DNA of 63,968 nucleotides, the filler included, from Rhabdomonas costata (Eukaryota): the NCBI GenBank assembly GCA_019059605.1. It is 23 parts of 23 records of this genome, joined end to end, with 100 filler letters (N's around TTAATTAATTAA, not from the genome) between each part and the next. Parts side by side here need not be neighbours in the genome. Positions count along the whole stretch, not along the records: positions 47,360 to 50,041 come from JAHMHO010002362.1; positions 50,142 to 52,838 come from JAHMHO010002363.1; positions 52,939 to 55,626 come from JAHMHO010002364.1; positions 55,727 to 58,407 come from JAHMHO010002365.1; positions 58,508 to 61,188 come from JAHMHO010002366.1; positions 61,289 to 63,968 come from JAHMHO010002367.1; 17 more parts are not named here. One strand, written 5' to 3'. A model generated the notes under the pieces. The model did no database searches. It was not told where the DNA came from and worked only from the letters and a program-made list of their open reading frames with translations. Both the position numbers and the translations under genes were made by a program. The stretch's first letter is position 1, and each line of letters starts with the position of its first letter. Positions 49,532 to 61,363 of this stretch are shown here, piece after piece.

Positions 49532-50566
49532 GTACATAGGCCGCATCTGAACCCTTACCATTTCTCCGAACAGCCGTTTATCCTCTTTTCTTTGCTATCC
49601 CCAGCACTCCCCAGCACTTTTTTCTGGGAGCTGCTGAAAATGCTGGAGCATCTCCTTTTCTGTGGTGGTTGCTCTTTCCTCTCACCCGAAACAAAGAGCA
49701 AAAGGGGACGTCTTCAGTAGAAACACAAGGTTACTTTTTTCGACCCACTGAAGCGCGCACGCGAAGTGAGAACAAAGGACATCCCTCAGCGGAGCACAAG
49801 AAACCTGCACACGACAGCAATTGTGCAAAGTGTCATGTGCGGATTGGTTTCTGCCCTTGGTCGCCATTTCTTATGCCTCTCTTACATAGTGTGCGGATCC
49901 TAGACCCCCTTTCTTCTTTAACTTTGCAGTTCCCTTTGGAAGTCCGCGAATTATGCCCGTATTCCCGTATTCCCCTATTCCCGTATGCCCGTATGATATG
50001 CCTGCCTTTGTGCCTGCCTTTGTGCCTTCCACCACAACCCCNNNNNNNNNNNNNNNNNNNNNNNNNNNNNNNNNNNNNNNNNNNNTTAATTAATTAANNN
50101 NNNNNNNNNNNNNNNNNNNNNNNNNNNNNNNNNNNNNNNNNGGGGTGTGGTGACACGATTAAGAATGAATGCTTAATGGCATGTAGTCTTAGGGCAGGCG
50201 CAGTGTGCTTCGGGGTGAGTCTCTGTCGGCGTTGTTTGTGGGGAAAGGCGCTCCGGAAAGGAAAGGCGCTGTTAACATGGAGCACTGTGAGGGGCCAAGG
50301 AGGTCCATGAGCCGAACTATCTGAGAGCGACCAGGGGAAGCGGGAGCTGCGCCAGAGTGGTGAATCCTCTCCAACATACGGCCAGCAAACATCACAGCAA
50401 CAGATGCATAAACAAAAGGACGCGGATCACGCGCCAGATTTAAAAAAGACGGGGGTGGGGGTGGCACTTGTGTGGTTGCGGGAGGAGCTGCGCTTCCTCA
50501 CACAACAGCTGTCGATTTCTCACGTGAGCCCCCCCGCCCCGCACGAAGACACGAACACGTACACGA

Positions 50567-50594
<28 letters not shown>
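50567..50594. repeat. (AC)14 microsatellite
   Basis: Read directly from the sequence. Confidence 0.95.
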
Positions 50595-50599
<5 letters not shown>

Positions 50600-51212
50600 A
50601 ACCAGTCTTTGTCTGTCACACAAGACCTCACTCTTCTGCTTGGATGACTGCCGTTCCTCTGCTGCCCCAAACCCCATCTGCTAGCCACTCCGAGGGACGT
50701 CGCACTGGGATGCTGCACACAAAGAAAGACGCATAACGCACGTGTGTATGTGGCGGTGCTACCGGGGCTGAAAGGGCGGGTTGGAGGTCAGGCTGATTCC
50801 AAGGCAACATTCTCTCAGCCTTTCCCTGTCGTGGTTGCTGCCCAGTGGAAAAGCCATCATCATGGCTGTGTGTGCATGTGTGCGTGTGCAGGTTTTTAAG
50901 CCGAGAATTCGGTCCGATGTTCTGGGAAGGTGAACAGGGAGGAGGTGTTAATCGAGGTGTGAGCCCAAAAACGTTGACACAGATGTGTCTCTCTTTCTCC
51001 ATATGATCCTCTTGCAAACGAGGTGTGTGCATGTGTGTTTTCATACGGTACACAAACGGCGATAGGTGGGCGGAAGGAGACGATCACACACCGCACCGCA
51101 TTTCCCACCTTTTCTCCAGTAATTCACAGAACGCGTGTAAAAGAGCAAACGCTACCCCTTTGCTCGCTTCCATACCAGTCATTGAGGCCAGAAAAGTTCC
51201 CTCCTTTCCAGC

Positions 51213-52334
51213 TTACCACTCCGCCTGCATGGGAGGTGTCAGCGGAGAGTGTGTCGAGGCCTTCACCCGCGAAGTCGGAGAGCGGGGCGCCTGCCCAGGG
51301 CCCCCATTGAAACGCTCCACTGGGGTGCTGCCCAGCTGAGCTACCCCTGCGGGGGCAGAGCTGCTGCTGCTGCGCGGTGTGGCGGAGGTTCGGGCAGAGG
51401 CAGAGGAGGAGGCGGAGGAGGAGAGCACGGCTGCGGCGGCCGCCGTGGAGACCGCTCGTGCTGCTGAAGAGCCCGTACTGGTGGTACTGGTGGTGATAGT
51501 ATGGCAGTGAGAGGCTCTGGTGAGGCTGTGATGGGGGTGGGGCTGCAGCTGCTCGTTTAGGTCGAAGACGTAGCGCCCAAACGCGGGCTCGAGGCTCAGG
51601 GCCAACAGGACGGGCTTCGGGGGCCGCTCCGTGGAGCTCTACAGGACACGTGTGCGTGAGTGAGTGAGCACTTCGAGCACTGGGATGCAGCAGAGCTGAG
51701 ATCTACTTTGATGGGGCAATGAAGGTGAATACCCAACCGCAAGTTCATCTCAATCTACAGTCACGTCAGCGCGTGAGGAGGTGCATACCGACGTCACCCC
51801 CCACCTCGTTGGTACGGGGCCCAGTCTGACCAAACAGTGACAGGATGTCGACCCACTGGAGCTGTTTCCACGGGGTCGCAGCCAAGTTCACCATTGCACA
51901 CACGGACCCTGACCGGAAAACCTGCGCTGCCACATGAGCAAGGCAACCCCCCCCCCCCAGTGGATCTGAGATTGGTGGAAAGAGCTCCGCCGACACGCTG
52001 CTTTTCCAACAACACCCAGAAAACCAAGACAAGGGATTCACCCCTGTATGTGTGACTGCATTCATTCATACAGTGTCATTGCAGGAACGCCTCTCACTGC
52101 CACGCGGCCCTGAGGACGTAGCGTACACATATCAACCCTGAACACTCTCGCCGATGTCATGATGCCAGCAGGCAGGTGGGCCCCCCCCACCTGAATGAAG
52201 TACGCCGTGACGGTGCCGAAGCCCTTGGCCACCGCCGTGTGAGGAGCGTCAAAGGTGAAGGGGTTGGCGGGGTGCCGGAACACCGCCTGGAACACCGCCT
52301 CCGAGAGCTGCACCACCTCCGCCTTGCTGGTGCT
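51213..52334 (-). CDS. C-terminal end of a class III cyclase domain plus Ser/Ala/Thr-rich tail (partial)
   Basis: Exon 52334-52191 (STSKAEVVQLSEAVFQAV..FTF..AKGFGTVTAYFI) fits the cyclase tail pattern ST....I..SE....KG.G...TY. The next exon starts at 51638; its 3' end is uncertain. Confidence 0.7.
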
Positions 52335-53312
52335 CTGTGTGTCACATGGGTTCTTATTTTCGTAAGACGAGCAACAACGTTCCCAACGTTCCCAAAATTC
52401 GGAAATGGTCCTTAAACGGCAAACCAGTTACCAGTTACCAGTAACCAGTTACAAACCGAAGCATTCCGGTCCACTATGTCAGGATGAAGTAATTCCTGGG
52501 CTATCACCAGGCAGAACCCTTAGGCTCGGCAGGAAGGTCTGCAGAGGCCTTGAAAGTGCGGCTAAGTCGAAAAAGGCCATAGAAAGCTCAAATAAAATTC
52601 CTTCCAGGTGTAAGAATGGGCGTGGAGATACAGTCTGAGACTGGAAAATTGGTTCACCCCCCCCCGCGAAAAATGCATCGGACCCTCCCATCATGACTCC
52701 ACCGGCTTGTCCAGCTGGAGTCATGATACCCGCGCCAAGTTCTCCGGTGCGGCAATAGTCCCAGAGGGCCCGTAACGGAAGTCACTCAGCGAATGGGGTG
52801 AAGACTTGAGCCGAAGTCAGCGGTCCTACCCCCCACACNNNNNNNNNNNNNNNNNNNNNNNNNNNNNNNNNNNNNNNNNNNNTTAATTAATTAANNNNNN
52901 NNNNNNNNNNNNNNNNNNNNNNNNNNNNNNNNNNNNNNGGGGGGGGGTGGAGAGCAGAATCAGGATTCGAGCAAATTAAAAGAATGCTGTGGTTGAGAAG
53001 GCATTACGGCCTCCAAGCCATGCAGGAAGTGGAAGATTCCTGGGGGCGTTTTGTGTTTTTTCGTTCTTCGATTGGTATCCCAGGGACATCGCTGCAGACC
53101 GAAAACAGAACAATAAAGGGCCTAAAAGGGCTCAACTTTATGGGCGTAGGATATTTATAAATTCTCACGAAATCTACAAGATGTCAGTTGACTGGTAGAT
53201 ATTGGGCGTGATACGTGAAGCTCCAGGAAGAATGCCCGGAAGCCCTCTCTTGATAGTGGTTCGGAGTGGTTCGGAGTGGTCTGGAAGGCGCCAAGGGAGC
53301 TCGAATCATCGT

Positions 53313-53430
53313 CATCATCATCATCATCATCATGACACAGCTCAGACGCCAATACAGGGAGCAAGAGCAAGCTTCGTGGTGTGGTGTGGTGTGGTGTGGT
53401 GTGGTGTGGTGTGGTGTGGTGTGGTGTGGT
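53313..53430. repeat. Microsatellites (CAT)7 at 53313-53333 and (GTGGT)11 at 53376-53430
   Basis: Read directly from the sequence. Confidence 0.95.
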
Positions 53431-53492
53431 GGTGTTTTGGCCGTTTGCCTGTGCACCGTGCGTTTGTAAACTGGATAGCAAGCTAAGGAAAG

Positions 53493-53549
53493 TTCTCCTT
53501 TTCTTTTCCCTTTCCCTTTTTCTTTTTTCTTTTTTTGTGCCGTTTTGAG
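53493..53549 (+). promoter_or_regulatory. Polypyrimidine tract plus AG 18 nt before an ATG (putative trans-splice site)
   Basis: About 45 nt of pure pyrimidine, then TTTTGAG, then the ATG at 53568. Confidence 0.5.
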
Positions 53550-53567
53550 CGTGTGCGTGACAAAGAA

Positions 53568-54157
53568 ATGTTCGGAGTCCTGATGATGAGGAAAGCCCTG
53601 GTGCTGTGGCAGCGATGCTACGTCGAGCTCGAGGAACTCGACGGCGTGGTGAAGATTGCGCATAGTCCCACCTCTCGCAACGGTTGCAGTCATGCTTTAT
53701 TTCCTATAGCACACAGCTGCACTTATTCAGCATGTTTGTGAAGCGCGGGGAGCGGAAACCCCTGGAAACCGGTAGAAGAGCCGAATTACGGTGTGTGCAT
53801 CTCAAACAAACAAGCAAACGAAATATTGGCATTTGGACTTCGGGGGGGGGGATGAAATGCAGTTGGCAGTGCCCAGTTGACTGGAATTTTCGGTACGTGG
53901 CACCTGGCCTCGTTTTTTGTGTTGCTTGCGTCTCCTGCGCGTCTTCTGTGAGACGAAAGAGGCGCTGTGTTGCCTGCTTTCTGTTTCGCGTCTCAGTGAA
54001 GGTGATGTCGCTGAAGGAAATGGAGCTGGTGCAGCCCTCGCCGGAGAGGTTTTCGCTTGTCTCTAACAAAACGGGCCGCACCTACCACTTTCGCGCGGAA
54101 ACTCCGCAGCTGTGCGCGGAGTGGGCGATGGCGATCATTTCAGCCCAGGTGAAATAG
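53568..54157 (+). CDS. Small PH-domain protein (2 exons, about 91 aa)
   Basis: Exons 53568-53682 and 53997-54157: MFGVLMMRKALVLWQRCYVELEELDGVVKIAHSPTSRNVKVMSLKEMELVQPSPERFSLVSNKTGRTYHFRAETPQLCAEWAMAIISAQVK*. Confidence 0.75.
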
Positions 54158-55869
54158 CGAAGCTCCCATCACTCAAGTACCAAACCCCGATGCTGGACAC
54201 TTCCGAAACCAGCAAGGTTTTACAACAGAGACCTAGAATCTTGGGCCGCTCCACTGCGCTGTGCGTTCCAAGACACCCTGCAATTCCTCGAAAGCTATCA
54301 CACCATGGATCCGAATCCGAGGCACGGGCGTGGCGACGGGGGTGGGGGGTCGGTTCTATTGGTATAATTGATCAGTCCACACCCTTGTTATTTTGTTTGT
54401 TATTTTGTTTCCCGCGCCGCCATTGCCACTCTTCACCATACTTCACCCCGGCACAACAAAGACGGAACATAAGCTGTAAATTATGCGAAGTCAGAACGAG
54501 ACTTCAATTTTTCAAACGGATACAACACTGCGGCCAGACGCATGAGTTCACAGGTAGTGGTAGCGGGGAGGGTGGTACCAAAGAAGTTGTTGGGGAAGGG
54601 TGGTGAATTCCGTCATATCAGCAGAGCAGCCACCTGCAACACAAATCAACAGAAGAGTCTGACATCACCGCTGTCTCTCGGCTGTCCTGTCGGCTCGCCC
54701 TCCTCCCGCGCCGTGCGCTTCACCGCGGTCTTCTCCACTCTGCCCCCGCAATGCCGCTGCCCTTGCCCCAACTGCCGCTCCAAGGCACCCGCCCGAAGTC
54801 TCCGCTCCGCCCTACGAACGGCAGAGGCACGAGCCACCTGCAGCCCTCCTGCCGCAGCCTGGGGGAAGTATCGCACAAGCAGCACCCCCTCGCCAGACAA
54901 CACCACAGCGATGGCGGCCAGCTTCGCGGAAGACGGGCCGTGTAAGGCCCCCTCTCACTCACCGCACGCGGCGGCCGCACCGGCGGCCACGTCCTGCCAG
55001 TCTAAGCTTGCGGGGTAAGGGCAAAGGTAATGGGAAGCGTCTGCTTTGCTGCCTCGGCACTGCGGAGGTGCGTGCATGCTAATGGTTTGTGGTGGCCCTC
55101 AAGAGAGGTAGAGGAAGGTTCCCTTTGGTGTGTGCATTTTTAGGTTTCGTGTACGTCTGCTTGAAAAGGGGGTGTGCATGCGAACGGGGGGGTTGCAGTG
55201 AGGATGGGGAATGCGGAAAAAGAGTCGGGCGTGCCAGGAACAATAAGAAAAGTAGCCTCCTGCTCCCCTTTTCACCTCTTTTCCGTTTTCCGCCCTCCAC
55301 CCCTCCACGGGCTTGCTCTCCACAAATGCGAATGTGTACGCGCATTTCGGACAGGGAAGGTGGGAGAGAGAGGGAGTGAGGGGATGTGCTTCTTTTCCTT
55401 TCTCGTTGCTTTTCTTTGCTTTCCGTGCCTTTCTACCCGTGCCCGCCAGTTTGCTAAGTCACCAACTTGCATCGTGTCTTTCGACCCATTTGTGCCCAAA
55501 TCTATTGTGTCGCTCCGTCCACCCATCACTGGGTTAAGTCAGTCAAAGTGGGCGGTGCTTCCGACATTCCCAGCGTGCCCCCTTATATATGCCCTTTGGG
55601 TCTCTCGCGCATATATTCGATAGGCANNNNNNNNNNNNNNNNNNNNNNNNNNNNNNNNNNNNNNNNNNNNTTAATTAATTAANNNNNNNNNNNNNNNNNN
55701 NNNNNNNNNNNNNNNNNNNNNNNNNNGGGGGGTGGGAGCGGGAGGAGGGATCGCGGTGCGCAACTCACCTGCAGGGATTCCCAGAAGTTTGGATTTTTGT
55801 ATCGGCTTCTCGATTCAAAAAAAACTTTCCAAACTTCGGAAAATTTTACTCTTGAGTTGTTGAAATTTC

Positions 55870-55926
55870 GGGAAAAAATATCGGTTCCGAATTTTGGGAA
55901 AAAATATCGGTTCCGAATTTTGGGAA
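55870..55926. repeat. 26-bp tandem repeat (2.2 copies) in an AT-rich palindromic patch
   Basis: GGGAAAAAATATCGGTTCCGAATTTT x2 plus GGGAA. Confidence 0.85.
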
Positions 55927-57469
55927 GTTTGGGGAGGGAGAGAGGGAATGGGGCAAATTTTCCGATCCTGTCACCTGAACACAATAATCCCTAATTAGGA
56001 GCTGTAATGAGCTCAGACGATGGAAATTTTTCTGCTGCTGCAGCTGGTGCTGCTGCTGTCAGGGGTGGGTTCTGGAGACACGAGAGGAGGGGTCGCGGTG
56101 GTGAGCTGCTCGGCGAGCTTCTGTCAATGGGCGGGGCTCAGTCGGGCGCATAACTCCTGGAGGAACTTCGGGTCAGTCTGCCCGTGTGTTCATCATTAAC
56201 TGGCGAAATTCCGATCATTTGACCGAGCATGTCACCCCCGCTTTGATAGGATGTGACTGTCATTTTTGCTTTCTCATAACGACTTAGTGGGACTCTCTCT
56301 GCAACACACCCCCCGGAAGGTTAGCTTGCAACCTGAACTTTGGAATGTCATCAGTGCTGTCACACTCAGCATGCACTACAACTCATTTTAGTGAGTGATT
56401 TCTATTCAGTCATCATACAACGGGTTTATGAGCGAGTCATCACAAAGCTCCACAGATTCTCATTGACCTCCAGTGTGCTGTGGGACCGACCTTTCATTTC
56501 TGATGCATGTACCAACCCATATGGGAGAGGAAGTGCTCGAAGATGGGTGAATTTACAGGATAGGGTTCGGTTTGGGTCCGGTACTTCAAGGAGGAGTTTT
56601 TAGAATATTTCAACCTGCTGGTTGGTTTTCCGCCCTTTGGACCGTTTCCACCGTTTGGATGATCCATCATTATTTTGATGAATTGAATTTGATGAGTTCC
56701 TTTTGTTCACCGAGCTGATCCTTCATTTAAGCGGAATTTCAAGTCGTAATACCCGGTTGATCCATCAAGAAATCGAAAGAATTCGAACAAATTATAATGC
56801 ATTCATGGCACTCCATGCGAAGGGCACAGGTGGCTGAATCGTCGGACAAGGCTGTCGTACTGTGGGTAAATAACATTCAAAAATGCTGCATAACACACCA
56901 AGAGATTATTGTTATAGGAGCCTGGGGCGGCCTCCGCAGAAGGTTGCGGAGCGCTATGGGGACCTGAATTGCAGGTTTGGGATGTATTTGCGCGTCACTG
57001 AAGCAGATATAAGAAGGTACTCTGACTGAGCCCTGAGCAAAAGAACTGGAGGTCATGTCTTTAAGGAATGTCGCCCGTTGACGAAACCCGCGATAAGGTC
57101 TGCGTGGTGGAGCAGATATGCCGGTAGGCCGAGCTGAAGCTCGGAAGCATTTCGCCTTGAGAACTCCGAAAAATGCTTCCGTCGAGGCTTTGGGTTGGCA
57201 GCACTTGCTATTGAGTTGGGGGGCCTGTAACGAATGGGCGCCGGTTTAGCGTGCACAACATAGTGAATCATGTTAAATTGATCTTTCTGGGTGTCCGTTT
57301 CGTCTTCTTCCTTCAGCCCCGCGATGATTCGAGAATCGTACTCCGCCCGTGAACCTTCTGTCAGCAAGGTGCTGCTCTTGTGTAAAAGTCTTTGCTTGGG
57401 GGAAGTGACAAAATAGATTAACAGTGCTCTACGTGCGTGCATTACCGACTGCATCCTTTTTTTCGTCAG

Positions 57470-58128
57470 TCAAATGCAGGCGTGGTTAAGTGCAAGTGGT
57501 GCACGGCTGACGTTCCCGAATGTGGCCTTGAGCGCCATTTGGACACCGTTTGTCCAATGGTTCCCATCCAATGTGCTCAAAGAGATACTGAGCTCATGGT
57601 TTGCGAAGTGGGGATTTTTTGTGAATGAATGTCTCACGTGTCATGTGTCCAACTGCCCATCTGTTCCGCTCCCAGGATGAAGAGTGTACAGTTGAAGTGC
57701 GAGGACGCGAGATGTTTCGTGAGCACCGTGCAAGTTATACTGCGATGATTTGATGACAAACTTGCAAACCTTGTGTCATTTTGCGGCCTTGTTGATTTGT
57801 TCACATCTTTTCATTCTGGTCCGATTATATTCTTCCCAGGGTGTCCTTTCCAGCCCGTCCCGTGCGCAAATGCACCGCGCTGCCAAGCTTTGGTGAGCAA
57901 GCGTTCGATGAATGTCCATCTTCAAATTTGCCCTTTCCAGAGAATTGTCTGCACGAGCTGTGGAGTATGTCCCTTGGCATTCCAGATTTCCTGTTCGGAA
58001 AAGTTAACACTTCTGGTCATTTTCGCAAACCTTTCTGTTAGGGGGGTTTTTTTCGAGCCGACCAGGACTATCACAGCTCCTCATGCCCTGAGGCACAGGT
58101 GGAATGCCCGCTGAACTGTGGCAGGGTG
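57470..58128 (+). CDS. TRAF-type zinc-finger repeat protein (partial)
   Basis: VKCKWC..LERHLDTVCPMVPIQC. Exons 57840-57964 (CPFQPVPCANAPRCQALV..HLQICPFQRIVCTSCG) and 58042-58128 (..YHSSSCPEAQVECPLNCG) are in phase. Confidence 0.75.
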
Positions 58129-59186
58129 GTATGAGTCCAAATGGAAAATCTTCTTCTTTGCGCCACCTTCATTCTTGCTTCGTGTGGTTTATCATTTCGT
58201 TTTCTTTAGTTTAAGCGCTCCAAGCTTGTCCCCCATTTCAACGAATCGTTGTTGGACCACAGCTACGTTAATCTGCAGAGTGAGGTTTGCCTTTTTACTT
58301 GTTGCAGACTGTTTGTTTGATGTGCTGTTTGTTTGTCAGTTTGTTGGCTGTACAGGGAGCACATTGTTGACTTCAATTTTTCTTCAGGTTTACCTACCCC
58401 CAACAACNNNNNNNNNNNNNNNNNNNNNNNNNNNNNNNNNNNNNNNNNNNNTTAATTAATTAANNNNNNNNNNNNNNNNNNNNNNNNNNNNNNNNNNNNN
58501 NNNNNNNAACTTACGAAGCATACTCGGTGTTTGGGTGCAGGTGCATTGTTCATAGGTCCAGCGTCCTTCCCACATGCAGTGGGACAACCCTCGTAGGACT
58601 GAGACATTTTCTTCGGGGAAAGGGTGCTGCAGTGATCGGTTCTGAGTTGAGGCGAGGGTCCAGGTCGCGTCGCTGGTGCTACTACATCTACGTACACAGA
58701 TTCTATCCACTTACGGGATAAACAGGTACTCGGAGCTGACTGCACAATGGAGGATTTCAGATACACACCCTTTTCTAAAATAGACTATGAGGAAAAGGAG
58801 GAAACGAGGCGTCCTGGTACACCCCTACCTTCCATTCAGCTAGTTAACGAGCCTCTCCCCTTCCAATGAAAGTCGCCCGCCGCCCCACAACCTCCTCGCT
58901 CACCTCTGTCCAAGCGGCTCTCCCTGTCCCTCTCCCTGCCCGTCCCTCGGTCCCCCTGTCATCGGTATCCCCGGACCTTGTTCCTTAATCCTTATGCCGA
59001 TCTTCACTCTTCCTTTGAGCCACAATCGTACAAACCAGTGCAGAACGACAAAAACGAAAAGGAGGGAAAAGGCAAATGCACCCCAATCAGCTCTCTGCTA
59101 GAAATAATTCAACCAAGAGCCGTCGTTGGTGTGCTTTTCGATTCAACGCAACCACTTTCCAGCACTTCTCTGCGGGCACAAAACAC

Positions 59187-60968
59187 CGTCTTTGATCTCA
59201 AAAGAGTCCACAAAGATGTCGTCCATCCGCAGCAAGGCAATCGCATCCTTGTACAAGCAAAAACAATAGAAAACAATGGTCACGCACGCCCTCTGTTTGG
59301 GGTCCCCGCTCATGAATCGAATTTTTATTGTGGATTCTTATTGCCGAACAAATTCCTCAGAACAAGCAGATATGCAAATCCACTTCCCATCCGGCAAGCA
59401 GTGAAACGAGCTACGGGCAGTGTGTCCCTTCTGTAAAAACAGTCTGACGTCCGTTTAAGACCCCACATACGGAAACAAGGGAAGCGTGGAAGTGCATGGA
59501 GCCAGAAATGGGAAAACGAGCATGAAGACGCAGCGCAGTGGCAGGGCTGCGCTTCCCATCAACTGTGGTCGGCACCCTTTTTGAAGAGATGAGCTTCCTA
59601 TCCCCCCAACGGACTTGCAGCGGCACCTGAACTTCAAACCCGAGCAAAAAAGCCCGCACAAAGTCCTCCGCCTTCTGCAGCATCGCCTTGGGGTTTTCAC
59701 ACTGCTTGCTGGGCTGAACATCGGAGAGGGATAATGGAAATAGATAGCAGCACCTACCAGTCCCCGAGCATCACTGCGGTATGTTATGTTCTCCGAATGT
59801 CGATTTCGATGGCCGACCTTTACAAACACTGCACCGATATCGGTGTCACGCCAGCCGCCCAAACAGCACACGTAGCTTGCGGGTTAGATAAACTGGGTCA
59901 GTGCCCTCAGAAGGATTTGCGTTGCGTAGCGCAAAAGGGTTGATAAAACTGCAAAAGACAAAGTGAGGCGAGCACTCCGAATACACTGCTGACTGAGGAT
60001 GAGCCAACAGGATAAGTAAGGCGCGGTGGGAGGGAGTATGTGGCAGCAACATGAGATGAGGGCTTTACAATCCTGTAATTATCGCACAGTCCGTCAATAA
60101 AATCATCACCACGGGTAAAAAAATCCCATTCTTCTCATACTTCACGAGTATGCCGGAGAACTGAAAGTTTCAAGCGCCACTAGGAATCAGGGCACGTAAA
60201 AAAGTCGCTCCATCCATCGGCTCCCCAAATAGCAAAACAGAGACTGAGATCCCGCCACAACCAGAGCAGCGGCAAGAGCAAGTACCCCGAACACACACGA
60301 ACACTCTCGCACGCAGACAGAAAACCACACCCGCAGCTCCACACAGCGTGTCTTGAGGTTCATCCTTACCTCGAGTTTGCACTGCTCCACGATCGGGGTG
60401 TAGATGGTGGGCCATGCCTTCCTCAGGGCTGTCGTGTCGCATGTGTGGTGCGCGAGCAAAGACAACAAAGTAGTGTTTGCAGCCGCCCTCCTCGTTCAAA
60501 ACTTCGTTTCAGGGAAACAATGAGCATCCGATGCGACTTTAAAACTCAACTGATTCCGCGGGACACGTGCTATTCCATTTGCAATCACAAGACTGCGGTT
60601 ACTTCCTTGGCGCATTACAATCACAACCACTTATCCAAAGGCAGTGCTGCCACACTGAACGAGGAGGAGTGGGAGAGGACAGCGGAAGGAAAGGGAAAGG
60701 AGAGGCAAAGAACAGCGCGCTCTGAATAATGCCCTGAATCTCAAGGCAACGAAATACACGAGCAGGAAAATTCATTTACGCTACGACTGACACCACAGCA
60801 AAATCTTCACACGGCGACATGGGCAGGTGACAAGACGAAGGGGCGAGGAAAAAAAGTCTCGTGGGAGGGCATACGTGTGAAGCGGTGCGTCGGCACCTTG
60901 ATCACACGGTTGCGTTCCTTCACACGCGCAATGTAGTTGCGGCCTTCGGGCCATTTCCCGATCACCAT
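59187..60968 (-). CDS. PNO1: Pre-rRNA processing KH protein PNO1/Dim2 (3'-partial, 4 exons)
   Basis: Exons 60968-60875, 60428-60331, 59713-59627 and 59247-59187: [80 protein letters not shown]. Confidence 0.93.
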
Positions 60969-61043
60969 CTTTGGCTGCCCTTTGGGTCTTCCGCTCTCCT
61001 TTTTTCTGTAGCTTTGCTACTCTCTTTTCTTATCTTGTTTTTT

Positions 61044-61165
61044 CTTCGGAAAAAGAGCGGTCAGAGAGTGAGAGAGAACGAGGGCGGAAGGAAGAGAAGA
61101 AGAACCGAGGGCTTCCGGGCAAAAGTTTGCGAAAGGAAAAGAAAACAGAAAATAGAAAACCTAAA
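61044..61165 (-). promoter_or_regulatory. Polypyrimidine tract plus AG upstream of the PNO1 start (putative trans-splice site)
   Basis: Long minus-strand pyrimidine tract ending TCCGAAG, an A-rich UTR with an in-frame TAG, then the ATG at 60968. Confidence 0.5.
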
Positions 61166-61363
61166 AGTACAGGAGGACCAACAAACCCNNNNNNNNNNNN
61201 NNNNNNNNNNNNNNNNNNNNNNNNNNNNNNNNTTAATTAATTAANNNNNNNNNNNNNNNNNNNNNNNNNNNNNNNNNNNNNNNNNNNNGGTTGACCACGC
61301 TTTCTTTCCAGCCCAGAAAATTGAAGTATATTTGTGCATGTGCGTGAAATTTATGTCTTCCAG

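Noticed and set aside
54646-55010. GC-rich minus-strand exon-like segments
   Set aside because: An in-frame TGA and ambiguous frames; no product could be supported.
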